Under the pieces are notes generated by a model, which saw only the letters and a program-made list of their open reading frames with translations, was not told the origin of the DNA and searched no databases. A stretch of DNA of 64,000 bases from Ignavibacteriota bacterium. Lineage in GTDB: Bacteria > Bacteroidota > Ignavibacteria > UBA10030. Every line of letters starts with the position of its first letter. The stretch's first letter is position 1. Shown one piece after another: positions 41,168 to 51,601 of this stretch. Both the position numbers and the translations under genes were made by a program. Where the stretch lies: the NCBI GenBank assembly GCA_963701295.1, contig OY969585.1:1184001-1248000 (forward strand), written 5' to 3'.

Positions 41168-42149
41168 TAAGTTTGCAAATCCTGTATTCTTATGGCTGTT
41201 ATTTTTTTTACCGGCAATCGGATACTATCTTTGGTGGCGTCGCAGAAAAATGACGGTGGTTTTGCAATTCTCGTCTTTGCAGGTCTTCGGTAAGATTCCA
41301 AAGACAGTGCGTGAACGAATGCGCCACATTCCCATGGGACTGCGCATAATGACAATCGCACTCTTCATTATTGCATTGGCACGTCCGCAATCGGTTTTGG
41401 ATAAACAGAATATATCGACCGAAGGAATCGATATTGTGCTTGAGCTAGATCTCTCCGGCAGCATGCTTGCAGAAGATTTTAGCCCCAATCGTATCGAAGC
41501 GGCAAAGCAAGTTGCTTCGGAATTTATTGACGGCCGCACGAATGACCGTATCGGACTGGTAGTATTTTCCTCAGAAAGCTTTACACAATGCCCGCTTACC
41601 ACCGATTATCCTGTGTTAAAAAATCTTTTGCGCGAAGTAAACAATGGGATGATTGCCGATGGTACCGCTATCGGTCTTGCAATCGCTAATGGAGTAAATC
41701 GTTTAAAGGACAGCAAGGCAAAAAGTAAGGTGATGATACTCCTTACGGATGGTGTAAATAATCGAGGTGAGATTGATCCTCTCACTGGAGCGAGGATCGC
41801 TGCAACGTATGGTATCCGCATCTACACGGTTGGCGTGGGAGCGCAAGGTGAAGCACCATATCCCGTGCAAACACCGTTTGGTATTCGCCGCCAGATGATT
41901 CCGGTTGATCTCGATGAGAAAGTCCTTACACAAGTGGCAGACATGACTGGCGGTAAATATTATCGTGCCACAGATAATCGAAAATTGAAAGCAATCTACA
42001 AAGAGATTGACCAACTTGAACGGACAAAAATTGAAGTGATGGCCTATAAGCGGTACTCGGAATTATATAGTGGATGGTTAATCGCGGGTCTCCTTACGCT
42101 TCTATTAGAAATAGGATTGACAAGTACGTTACTGAGGAAGAATCCATAG
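41157..42149 (+). CDS. batA: BatA VWA-domain protein
   Basis: N-terminal TM, ALARPQ, DLSGSM MIDAS, GTAIG, LTDG. Confidence 0.92.
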   Translation: MFGDKFANPVFLWLLFFLPAIGYYLWWRRRKMTVVLQFSSLQVFGKIPKTVRERMRHIPMGLRIMTIALFIIALARPQSVLDKQNISTEGIDIVLELDLSGSMLAEDFSPNRIEAAKQVASEFIDGRTNDRIGLVVFSSESFTQCPLTTDYPVLKNLLREVNNGMIADGTAIGLAIANGVNRLKDSKAKSKVMILLTDGVNNRGEIDPLTGARIAATYGIRIYTVGVGAQGEAPYPVQTPFGIRRQMIPVDLDEKVLTQVADMTGGKYYRATDNRKLKAIYKEIDQLERTKIEVMAYKRYSELYSGWLIAGLLTLLLEIGLTSTLLRKNP

Positions 42150-42151
42150 TC

Positions 42152-43894
42152 ATGTTGCGATTCGAACATCCCGAATATCTCTGGTTCCTTCTTCTGATTC
42201 CAGCAATTGGTGCAGGATTCTTTTTCCTGAATATATGGCAGAAGGAACAGGTTCGAAGGTTTGTTGGAAATATTCTCATTGCACAGCTTGCCCCGGAAGC
42301 GAGTTTGGCAATGCGTATCATCAAACAACTGCTCGTTCTTTCGGCTCTCGCCTGTCTGATTCTTACCATTGCGAATCCGCAGGTGGGAACGCGATTAGAA
42401 GAAGTAAAGCGCGAAGGTATCGATCTCTTTGTTGCGCTCGATGTTTCGCTGAGTATGAAATCGGAAGATATTCGTCCGAGCCGGCTGGAAAAAGCGAAGC
42501 GCGATGTATCGGAACTGCTGCGGAAACTTTCTGGTGATCGTGTCGGCATGATTGTTTTTGCCGGCGACGCGTTTGTACAATTTCCGCTTACTACTGACTA
42601 TGCCGCAGCGGATCTATTTCTTTCTGCCATCGATGTGGATGCAGTGCCTATCCCGGGGACGATGATCGGCAGCGCTATTGAAGTCGCTCTTAAATCGTTT
42701 TCCAAAGACGCGCCGACACAAAAAGCAATCGTTGTCGTCTCCGACGGTGAGAATACTGAAGGTGATGTGATGGGCGCAGTAGAAGATGCCAAGAAGGTCG
42801 GTGTGCGAATTTATTCCGTAGGGATGGGAACAACCGATGGAGGTCCAATTCCGATTTATAATCAAAATGGAGAACGCGTCGACTATAAACGCGATCAATC
42901 GGGGAGTATTGTTCTCACTAAACTGGATGAAACAATGCTACAACAAATTGCGTCGACGACCGGAGGAACCTACCACCGGGCAACGAGCGGCGGTAACGAA
43001 ATTGACGACATTTTTAAAGAGCTTTCCTCTCTAGAAAAAGTAGAATTTGGAACAAAACAGATTACAGGATATGAGACGCGATATCAATATCCATTAGCTT
43101 TTGCAATTCTTTTTCTCATTCTCGAGCTCATGCTTTCAGCACGGCGCGGTAAACTGGTTGCTCGTCTTAAAAAATTTCTGCCGGCTGCTGCGGCAATGGT
43201 TTTCGTTGTAATACTCTCAAGAACCTCAACAGCTCAGACAGTTCGTTCGCATGTCAGTGAAGGAAATCGCGTGTATGAAAAGGGTCGCTACACCGATGCA
43301 GAAGTGGAATATAAGAAAGCGTTGGAAAAGAATCCGAAATCGAAAGAAGCGCAATTTAATCTCGGAAATTCGTATTATAAACAGCAGCGTTTTGACGAAG
43401 CTCTTCAGGAATACGGTAACTCTGGTGTGGCAATGAAATCTTCGGAAGAACGGGCTGAAACATATTACAATTTGGGAAACTCGTTGTATCGTTCGAATAA
43501 ATTCCAAGAAGCAGTTGAGGCATACAAACACTCATTAAAAATAAATCCATACGATGACGATACGCGGTACAACCTGCAAATGGCACGTGCAAAATTGAAA
43601 CAGCAGGAACAACAAAAACAGCAGAAGAAAGATCAAAAACAAGACCAGCAGCAAGATCCGAAAAAAGATCAGCAACAACAAAATCAGCAACACAAACAAG
43701 ACCAGAATCAACAACAACAAAAACAAGAGCAAGCGAAACAAGATCAGACACAGCAGCAAGCCCAGAAAAAGAATCAGATGCCGAAGCAAGAAGCTGACCG
43801 CATCTTAGAGGCACTCCGTAACAACGAAAAGGATATTCAAAAGAACCTCCGTAAACGTGAAGCAGTGAAAGTGAAAGTGGAGAAGGATTGGTAG
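42152..43894 (+). CDS. BatB-BatC fusion (VWA + TPR + Gln-rich + KDW tail)
   Basis: VWA motifs DVSLSM and SDGE, internal TMs, TPR repeats (YNLGN), Q/K/D-rich tract, C-terminal VEKDW. Confidence 0.88.
   Translation: MLRFEHPEYLWFLLLIPAIGAGFFFLNIWQKEQVRRFVGNILIAQLAPEASLAMRIIKQLLVLSALACLILTIANPQVGTRLEEVKREGIDLFVALDVSLSMKSEDIRPSRLEKAKRDVSELLRKLSGDRVGMIVFAGDAFVQFPLTTDYAAADLFLSAIDVDAVPIPGTMIGSAIEVALKSFSKDAPTQKAIVVVSDGENTEGDVMGAVEDAKKVGVRIYSVGMGTTDGGPIPIYNQNGERVDYKRDQSGSIVLTKLDETMLQQIASTTGGTYHRATSGGNEIDDIFKELSSLEKVEFGTKQITGYETRYQYPLAFAILFLILELMLSARRGKLVARLKKFLPAAAAMVFVVILSRTSTAQTVRSHVSEGNRVYEKGRYTDAEVEYKKALEKNPKSKEAQFNLGNSYYKQQRFDEALQEYGNSGVAMKSSEERAETYYNLGNSLYRSNKFQEAVEAYKHSLKINPYDDDTRYNLQMARAKLKQQEQQKQQKKDQKQDQQQDPKKDQQQQNQQHKQDQNQQQQKQEQAKQDQTQQQAQKKNQMPKQEADRILEALRNNEKDIQKNLRKREAVKVKVEKDW
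43600..43780 (+). repeat. Gln/Lys/Asp low-complexity coding tract
   Basis: CAA/CAG-rich repeats encoding QQEQQKQQKKDQKQDQQQ... Confidence 0.7.
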
Positions 43895-43962
43895 CGTTGA
43901 GCAGCTGACAAAAAACAATAATCTGGACGTTACGAGCCAGCGGCTTAAAGACAAAAAGAAAA

Positions 43963-45807
43963 ATGATAGATCAAGAAAGAAAATATTATCGACATATTAT
44001 AGGCTTTCTCATTGTTCTCTTCTCCGTTGTCTCTCTTCAAGCACAGGACGGCACATTTACTGCAGCAGCGGATCCAATGAGAGTTGCAGCAAGCGAACAA
44101 TTTCAATTAACATTTACATTTAACGGAGGCGATGTCAATAGTGTTCGTAATCTAAAAGCTCCGGACTTCAATCAATTCGTTGTCATTTCGGGACCGAATC
44201 AATCCACAAATATGCAATGGATCAATGGTCAAATGTCAGCTTCGATTGCGTATACATATATTCTCTATGCACGTCAAGCAGGAAAATTTACTATCGGTTC
44301 AGCAACAATTGAGTACAAAGGGAAAGAACTTAAATCGAATGTGATTCAAATTGAGGTCGCACAGGGCAAACAAAAGCAGCAGCAAAAACAACCCGATCAA
44401 CCAAGCGCTGATATTGGTGATAATTTAATTGTGAAAGTCTTTTCCGACAAACAGCGTGTCCGGCTGGGTGAACAATTGATTGTAACGTTCAAGCTGTATA
44501 CACGCGTATCGGTTTCCGGATATGATCTTGCCAAAGCACCGGCGTTTGACGGTTTCTGGGGTGAAGATTTTGATATGCCGAAGCAACCCAACCAAACGAA
44601 TGAAACTCTCAATGGGAAACAGTATCGTTCTGTGGTGATAAAAAAGACTGCGTTGTTTGCGACACAAGCAGGAAATTTGAAGATTGCACCACTCGAAGTT
44701 CGCTGTGCAGTACAAGTGCAAACAAAACGGCGCGGCAATGACCCGTTCGATCAATTCTTCAATGATCCGTTTTTTCAACAAGTTCAGACTGCAAATCTGG
44801 ATGTGAAATCCAATCCTCTTACAATTACAGTTGATCCTCTCCCGATCAATGCGCCGTCTGGGTTTTCGGGTGCTATCGGACGGTTTACATTCAATGCAAG
44901 CGTGGATAAACACAGTGTGAAGGCAGGTGATCCCATCACGTTGAAGGTAGCTGTATTGGGTTCCGGCAACATCAAATTAGTGACACTCCCCAAACCACAA
45001 TTACCTGCCGATATCGAATCATACGAACCGAAAATTTCAGAAGATATTTCGCGCGATGGCGGTATCATTCGTGGAAAGAAAACGGCTGAGTATCTGCTCA
45101 TCCCACGCAATGCTGGTCAGCGTGTTCTCGAGCCGATGCTGTTTGTTTATTTCGATCTTGACAGGAAAGAATATATTACACTTCATTCTCCGCAGTTCGA
45201 GTTTTCCATTGAACAGGGTAAAGAGTATTCCGGCAGTAGCGTCAGTAGTATATCGAAAGAAGATGTTCGGATGCTCGGTGAAGATATTCGTTTTCTCAAA
45301 CTTTCTATCGGAACTCTCCAGCAGAAAAATGAAACAGGCTCTTCAGAATGGTCCGTGTTTGCTATGGTGTTGCCACCATTGATATTTACCGCAGCATGGT
45401 TCTTCCGCAAGCGGATGGAAAAAATCTATGGTGATATGCCGAGGCTTCTGTTTGAGACAGCAGGACGTGAAGCATCGCACCGCCTCAAGAAAGCACGTGC
45501 GCTCCTTGAACAGGGAAACACCGAAAGTTACCATGCAGAGATTCTCATAGCGTTGACAGAATACCTTGAGCATAAACTCAGAACTGCGAAAGCCGACTTT
45601 GTCATGGATACGGCAGTTATACAATTGCAGAAGCGCGGTGTGAAGGAAGAAGTGATTCAATCCTTAAAAACATGTATGGAACGTGCAGAATTTGTTCGTT
45701 TTGCACCGGGTTCCGATACGACCGAAACGCGAAAGGAATTGCTCGATGTTGCTGCTGGCGCCATCAATGGTATTGAACAGACTTTTAATAAGCGAGGTGC
45801 GTCATGA
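43963..45807 (+). CDS. batD: BatD family protein
   Basis: Signal peptide, GPNQS...INGQ, DPFDQFF, FSGAIG, GSGNI, C-terminal TM. Confidence 0.9.
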   Translation: MIDQERKYYRHIIGFLIVLFSVVSLQAQDGTFTAAADPMRVAASEQFQLTFTFNGGDVNSVRNLKAPDFNQFVVISGPNQSTNMQWINGQMSASIAYTYILYARQAGKFTIGSATIEYKGKELKSNVIQIEVAQGKQKQQQKQPDQPSADIGDNLIVKVFSDKQRVRLGEQLIVTFKLYTRVSVSGYDLAKAPAFDGFWGEDFDMPKQPNQTNETLNGKQYRSVVIKKTALFATQAGNLKIAPLEVRCAVQVQTKRRGNDPFDQFFNDPFFQQVQTANLDVKSNPLTITVDPLPINAPSGFSGAIGRFTFNASVDKHSVKAGDPITLKVAVLGSGNIKLVTLPKPQLPADIESYEPKISEDISRDGGIIRGKKTAEYLLIPRNAGQRVLEPMLFVYFDLDRKEYITLHSPQFEFSIEQGKEYSGSSVSSISKEDVRMLGEDIRFLKLSIGTLQQKNETGSSEWSVFAMVLPPLIFTAAWFFRKRMEKIYGDMPRLLFETAGREASHRLKKARALLEQGNTESYHAEILIALTEYLEHKLRTAKADFVMDTAVIQLQKRGVKEEVIQSLKTCMERAEFVRFAPGSDTTETRKELLDVAAGAINGIEQTFNKRGAS

Positions 45808-46568
45808 AACGAGCTCAATGGATTCTCATTGCCGGATTCAATGTCTTGCTCGTGAGCCCGGGATGGGCGCAAACTCCGGGAGATGTATTCAATCGCGGAA
45901 ATGAATTGTATCGCGCAGGGAAGTATCAAGATGCGGCAAAAGAATATGAACATATCATCAAACAAGGATACTCAAGCGCTGAACTCTATTATAATCTTGG
46001 CAACGCGTATTATCGGGATGAACAGCTTGCACGAGCAATTCTCTCTTATGAACGCGCCGCTCAATTACATCCGAACGATCCCGACATCATGCACAATCTT
46101 AAGCTCGTGTATCTTAAAACCATCGATCGCATCGAACCGGTGCCGGAAATGTTCTTTATTCAATGGATGCGCGTCGTTGGTTCTCTGATATCGCCAGAAA
46201 CAGTGCGATTTCTCTTTATTCTGAGTTGGGTACTGCTCTTTGGATCGCTTGCAACGATGTACTTCATTTTGCGGTCAGATATCCTTCGTGTTGCTCGGAT
46301 TATATTCTTCGTGTCCTTCGTATCGGCCGTTCTCTGGGCAACAATGTTGGGCATTCAGTCATTTCAGGAGACAACACAGGATAAGGCAATTATCACTGTA
46401 CAGATTGTCACTGCAAAGTCATCCCCAGACGATAAAAGCGTTGATGCATTTGTTATTCATGAAGGTGTGAAGGTGAAACTCACTGATGTAGTTGGTGATT
46501 GGGTGAAGATCATACTGGTCGATGGAAAAGTTGGTTGGATTCCTGCGGATCAGTGCGAACGAATATAA
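45804..46568 (+). CDS. batE: BatE (TPR + SH3b)
   Basis: TPR LYYNLGNAYY, two TMs, C-terminal IHEG...GKVGWI. Confidence 0.9.
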   Translation: MKRAQWILIAGFNVLLVSPGWAQTPGDVFNRGNELYRAGKYQDAAKEYEHIIKQGYSSAELYYNLGNAYYRDEQLARAILSYERAAQLHPNDPDIMHNLKLVYLKTIDRIEPVPEMFFIQWMRVVGSLISPETVRFLFILSWVLLFGSLATMYFILRSDILRVARIIFFVSFVSAVLWATMLGIQSFQETTQDKAIITVQIVTAKSSPDDKSVDAFVIHEGVKVKLTDVVGDWVKIILVDGKVGWIPADQCERI

Positions 46569-46622
46569 AAAAATCTGTCGAACAGTGTCGTCAGAAATTT
46601 TATTTCGGCAATAAAATAAAAA

Positions 46623-46646
46623 GTGTTAAGAGAAAACTCTTAACAC
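46623..46646. terminator. Hairpin between convergent genes
   Basis: Perfect 10-bp stem GTGTTAAGAG-AAAA-CTCTTAACAC with an A-run on the left flank. Confidence 0.7.
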
Positions 46647-46707
46647 CTCTTATCAAAAAAACCACTTCTAATACTTTCACGGCATATTTGAGTGAAGGAG
46701 GAAAATT

Positions 46708-48069
46708 CTATCCAAGCGCATGTTTTATCGTCGCTTCCAAGGATTCCTTCGTAAACGGTTTCGGGAGATATGCTTTCACACCGAGTTGTTTAGCGCTTCT
46801 GACGAAGAACTCTCCTTCCATCGAACTCATTAACACAAACGCAACGGATCTTAGTTTTTCTCCATACGCGCCCGCCGCGATCTTTTCGTAGAATGTGAAA
46901 CCGCTCATAACACCGGCGCCAAGATTTACGTCGCTGATAATGAGAGAAGGCGAAACCTTTCCCATTTCCGTCAACGCACTTTCTGCATTAACTGCTGTGA
47001 TAACATTGAGGTATGTTTTCCTAAGAATGTGCTCGACATATTTGCGGATAGAGGGGTCGTCATCAATGACAACGATGACAGCGGTCTCATCCGGCAGTCC
47101 TAATTCTTTCTTAATTCGCTTGGTAATAGAAGCGTGTTCATCATCCGAAATCTTAAAGAACTGCTGGAGGTTCTTGAGATGTATGGAGTCTTCATCCGAG
47201 GGTTTACCGGTTTGCCAAAGTGTTCGTACCGCATCAATATAAGCACTCACCTGTACCGAGCGCTCTACTTCCATATGTTCTGTATCGCTGATGGAGAAGG
47301 AAATTTTTAGGGATTGAAGAAGCGAGGACTGCATTTCTGCTGGAACAGCAAGTTGTATCATCAGCTTCATGAGTGTCCGGTAGGCATCAATTTCTTGTTG
47401 TTTTGCTTTCTCTCGCTCGCGTTCTAAAAGAGTATTGCGCTCTTCTTCCATCTGCTGCATCAGTTCTTCCTGCGCACGTTTTTGTTCCTCTTTCATCTTG
47501 AGAAATGCCTCATCCTGAATTTTTTTCCGTTCAGCCTCAGCTTGGATTATTTCTGTTCCAGTAGCAGTGCCAACAAAAGATGTTCCTGATGCTGCTTGTT
47601 GAATTTGCACAATCAGCCTTTTTTCAAGTTCCTCAATGCGCCGTGCCGTATCTTTTTCAATCGCGTTCAAATCCTTATGCGCCCCCTCTTGCACTTCATT
47701 CACGGATGCTTTACGGGCACGATCTTCCAATACCTGTTCTGTTTTGTCTTCCTGCTTTCGTTTTTGATTCTCAAGTTCTTGTTGTTTATAGAATTCTTTG
47801 AGGCGGCGCTTGACTTCCTGATCCACCTGTTCAGCGGCCTGTTGTTTTGCTTCACGCACGGCAACCTCACGTTCTTTCTCCATCATCATGATGAGAATGC
47901 GTTCTTCATATGCGCGCGCGTAGACGTTTTTAATGTCAAACTCATAAACTTTGCGGATATGATCCAATGCATCATCAAGCTTCTTTGCTCTCACGTCTTC
48001 GTCCACTTGACGCAATAAAGCAGATACACGTGCCGTTCGTTCTTCAGGTTTTAATGCAGGTATAGACAT
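46708..48069 (-). CDS. Coiled-coil protein with C-terminal receiver domain
   Basis: VIDDD, ISDVNL, LMSS and PKPF receiver motifs; long E/K/Q coiled coil at the N-terminus. Confidence 0.85.
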   Translation of the reverse strand: MSIPALKPEERTARVSALLRQVDEDVRAKKLDDALDHIRKVYEFDIKNVYARAYEERILIMMMEKEREVAVREAKQQAAEQVDQEVKRRLKEFYKQQELENQKRKQEDKTEQVLEDRARKASVNEVQEGAHKDLNAIEKDTARRIEELEKRLIVQIQQAASGTSFVGTATGTEIIQAEAERKKIQDEAFLKMKEEQKRAQEELMQQMEEERNTLLEREREKAKQQEIDAYRTLMKLMIQLAVPAEMQSSLLQSLKISFSISDTEHMEVERSVQVSAYIDAVRTLWQTGKPSDEDSIHLKNLQQFFKISDDEHASITKRIKKELGLPDETAVIVVIDDDPSIRKYVEHILRKTYLNVITAVNAESALTEMGKVSPSLIISDVNLGAGVMSGFTFYEKIAAGAYGEKLRSVAFVLMSSMEGEFFVRSAKQLGVKAYLPKPFTKESLEATIKHALG

Positions 48070-48252
48070 ATATAATTCTCCTGTATGAAATTATCCATAC
48101 GAAAGTAGACGAATTTAGTAAAAGAGTCAACTTTTGCGTGTAAAAGATCTATGAACAAACTTACAAGACCGGGATATTCCACTTCTATGTTCAAATTCAT
48201 AATAGTTATCCACTCTTGACAAGATTAGACTTCTTTTGATCTACGATGACTA

Positions 48253-49419
48253 TTACTCCTCGATAAATCGACGCAGTTGCTGGATGGAATCCTCGAAAAG
48301 GCGCGAAATCGGCAGAAGGCTAATCACAATGCATGATTTTTGTTCCATGTCAAAAAAATGTCCTGGTTGTACGAGAATGTTTTGGTGAGTAAGAATTTCT
48401 TCTGCCCAATTGTCGTCACTGTACTTTTGAGGAAGCTGAAGAATGGCAGACCACCCGCCTTCGACTCGAAGCACCGACGTACTTGAGTCTGTAAATATTC
48501 TTTGCAATAGTTGGTAATTCGTCTGAATTCGCAAGTGAATTTGATTTCTGACGTCTGAAGAAGAACGAAGAAGTTTTGGAAGTGCAACTTGTACAGGTGT
48601 ATTAACCGAGAGAAATGTGTCGGCAATAATATCAAGTCGATTGAGCACTTCCTCTCTTTGTTTAAGATTGCCATTCACAACAATCCATGAGAGTTTGAGT
48701 TGAGGAAGACCTAAAAGTTTTGAAATGCCGTTCAATGAGAACAACGGTACAAAAGATTGATAGGTCACAATGTTTGTGAAGTGCGCCTCTGGAGAAATAT
48801 CATACGATCCGAAGACTTCATCGGCAATGAGAGAGGAGCGATACTCAGAAGCAAGCGAACATATCTGGTCAAATTCATTCTGTTTGAGGTACGAACCTGT
48901 GGGATTGTTTGGATGAACAAGAACTATAGCTCTTGTCCTATCTGAGAATTGTGCTTGAAGAGATGCAAAGTCAATGTGCCATTCACCATCGTACGCGAGT
49001 CGATAATATCGGAGTGTGATATCGTTCAATTGACTCAGATATTCAAATAACGGATAGCTTGGTTGAGGGACCACGACCTCATCGCCGACATTGCAGAGGA
49101 GTTTGAAGAGAAATGAATATGCTTCACTCGTGCTTGATGTAAGTATAATTTGTTCAGGTGTTATAACAATACGATGCACGGCGTAATATTCCGCTATAGC
49201 TTTTCGAGCGCTGAGAAGTCCGCGCGGTTCAGGTTGGTACGCTAATACGGAAGGTTCGGTAAACGCACTAAGAATTTCTTTTCTTGGATAAGAGAATTCG
49301 CATTTTGTGGGGTTCGACTCGGTAAGATCGATAATCGATTCTCCTCGAAGGTGTTTCTCTGTTGCTAAGCCAGAGAGCCGGTTGGGAGTAGTATTCCAAT
49401 CTGTGCGCGACGAGAACAT
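48253..49419 (-). CDS. PLP-dependent aminotransferase class I/II
   Basis: PSYP, PNNPTG, ADEVF, GISK. Confidence 0.9.
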   Translation of the reverse strand: MFSSRTDWNTTPNRLSGLATEKHLRGESIIDLTESNPTKCEFSYPRKEILSAFTEPSVLAYQPEPRGLLSARKAIAEYYAVHRIVITPEQIILTSSTSEAYSFLFKLLCNVGDEVVVPQPSYPLFEYLSQLNDITLRYYRLAYDGEWHIDFASLQAQFSDRTRAIVLVHPNNPTGSYLKQNEFDQICSLASEYRSSLIADEVFGSYDISPEAHFTNIVTYQSFVPLFSLNGISKLLGLPQLKLSWIVVNGNLKQREEVLNRLDIIADTFLSVNTPVQVALPKLLRSSSDVRNQIHLRIQTNYQLLQRIFTDSSTSVLRVEGGWSAILQLPQKYSDDNWAEEILTHQNILVQPGHFFDMEQKSCIVISLLPISRLFEDSIQQLRRFIEE

Positions 49420-49561
49420 TTCTTAAAACCAGAAATAAATAGGGGTTAGAATATAGGAAATAGAATAAATTAACAATCAAAGATTAAATAAAATCGATCG
49501 CATATGAGCTGTTGAAACAATTACCAGATCTTCGAATTACCAAATCATTCAATTTTAAATT

Positions 49562-51412
49562 TTATTCTTCTATGATTTCTGCTTTTTTCTTGGATATACG
49601 GTTACGCTCATTGTGGTCAAGATATTTTTTACGAAGACGTATGGACTTAGGAGTCACTTCCACGTACTCATCTTCTCCAATCCATTCGATTGCTTGTTCG
49701 AGCGAAAGCCTCCGCGGTGGTTCAAGCCGTACTGCCTCATCAGAACCGGAAGCACGCATATTTGTTAATTGCTTTGTTTTACAAACATTGACAACCATAT
49801 CGTATTCGCGCGAATTTTCTCCGACGATCATACCGGCATAGACTTTAATACCAGGCTCAATAAAAAAGGTAGAACGTTCCTGCAATTTCCACATTCCATA
49901 TGCAACGGAATCGCCGTTCTCTAACACTATCAATGAACCGCGTGTTCTGTGCGCAAGTTCGCCTTTGAACGGTTCATATCCTCGAAAAATGTGGTGCAGA
50001 ATGCCGGTGCCTTTTGTCTGTGTCATGAACTCTGAACGAAATCCGATCAACCCGCGTGCAGGAACAAGAAATTCAAGACGCGTGTTGCCTTGACTTTGAA
50101 GCATGTGCCGCATTTCGCCCTTACGCTTACCGAGATTCTCTATAACAACACCGACGTGTTCATCCGGTACATCAATAATGACGTGTTCAATCGGCTCGCA
50201 GACGACATCGGCGATGCGCTTGAGAATGACTTCGGGGCGCGAGACCTGAAACTCGTACCCTTCACGCCGCATCGTTTCGATGAGAATACCAAGATGTAAT
50301 TCACCTCTGCCGCTTACTTTGAATACATCAGGAGAGTCTGTTAATTCCACCCGTAAGCTGACATTAGAACGTAATTCTTTTGCCAATCGTTCACCTAGGT
50401 GACGCGTGGTTATATATTTTCCATCGAGTCCAGCAAATGGCGAGTTGTTCACGATAAAGTTCATCGAAAGTGTCGGCTCTTCGATAGCAACAAATGGCAG
50501 CGGGGTTGGGTCCGATGCATCGGCAATGGTTTCGCCGATATCAACGTCTTCCATTCCAGCAACGGCGATGATATCGCCCGTACCGGCTTCTTCTACCTCG
50601 ATGCGCTTCAGTCCTTGAAATGTATATATCTTTGTCACGCGTGCATCTTCCACTAATCCATCTCGATGAACAATTTTCATCGGTCCGCCGAGACGAATCT
50701 TGCCGCGCGATACTCGACCAATGCCAAGACGACCAAGATAGTCGTTGTAATCGATTGTGGTCACAAGCATCTGAAACGGACCAGTAGGATCTCCGGCAGG
50801 CGAGGGAACACGATTGATAATTGCTTCAAAGAGCGGTTCAAGATTTGTGCTTTCTTGATCCATTTCGTTTTTAGCAATTCCTTGTTTTGCAATGCAATAA
50901 ATCGTGGGAAAATCCAACTGCTGATCGTGCGCCCCGAGCGAGAGGAATAGTTCAAATACCTCATCCAGTACCTGATGCGCACGTGCATCTTTTCTATCAA
51001 TCTTGTTGATGACGACAATGGGACGGAGATCGAGATCGAGGGATTTTTTTAGCACGAACTTAGTACCCGGTAACGGTCCTTCAGCAGCATCAACCAATAG
51101 AAGAACACCATCGACCATCTTGAGTGTGCGTTCCACCTCACCGGAAAAATCAGAATGGCCTGGAGTGTCCACAATATTGATTTTATAAATTTCACTTGTC
51201 TTCGGATTTTTGTACATCACTGCGGTGTTCTTGGCGAGAATCGTAATGCCGCGTTCTTTTTCTAAATCATTGGAATCCATCACGCGCGTGCCCATATCCT
51301 GATTGGCACGGAACGTTCCTGTCTGTCTCAGCATAAAATCCACGAGTGTCGTCTTGCCATGGTCAACATGCGCGATAATGGCGATGTTGCGTATATTTTT
51401 GATTTCTTGCAT
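49562..51412 (-). CDS. typA: Translational GTPase TypA/BipA
   Basis: [44 protein letters not shown]. Confidence 0.97.
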   Translation of the reverse strand: MQEIKNIRNIAIIAHVDHGKTTLVDFMLRQTGTFRANQDMGTRVMDSNDLEKERGITILAKNTAVMYKNPKTSEIYKINIVDTPGHSDFSGEVERTLKMVDGVLLLVDAAEGPLPGTKFVLKKSLDLDLRPIVVINKIDRKDARAHQVLDEVFELFLSLGAHDQQLDFPTIYCIAKQGIAKNEMDQESTNLEPLFEAIINRVPSPAGDPTGPFQMLVTTIDYNDYLGRLGIGRVSRGKIRLGGPMKIVHRDGLVEDARVTKIYTFQGLKRIEVEEAGTGDIIAVAGMEDVDIGETIADASDPTPLPFVAIEEPTLSMNFIVNNSPFAGLDGKYITTRHLGERLAKELRSNVSLRVELTDSPDVFKVSGRGELHLGILIETMRREGYEFQVSRPEVILKRIADVVCEPIEHVIIDVPDEHVGVVIENLGKRKGEMRHMLQSQGNTRLEFLVPARGLIGFRSEFMTQTKGTGILHHIFRGYEPFKGELAHRTRGSLIVLENGDSVAYGMWKLQERSTFFIEPGIKVYAGMIVGENSREYDMVVNVCKTKQLTNMRASGSDEAVRLEPPRRLSLEQAIEWIGEDEYVEVTPKSIRLRKKYLDHNERNRISKKKAEIIEE

Positions 51413-51601
51413 TCTTCCTCAGAGAAAATAAAAATGCCTCAGTCTCGAATTGCTTCCTGAGGCATAAGTAAGATACGGAATTTTCATGAGAAATGGAAAT
51501 TGAGAAAGACTCTCAAGATTTCTCTATGATAGAACAGGTGAATCTATTAAAAAAGTGGTCCTTATGCATGACCAAGCTCTTAGAAACAAATCGATGAGTT
51601 T

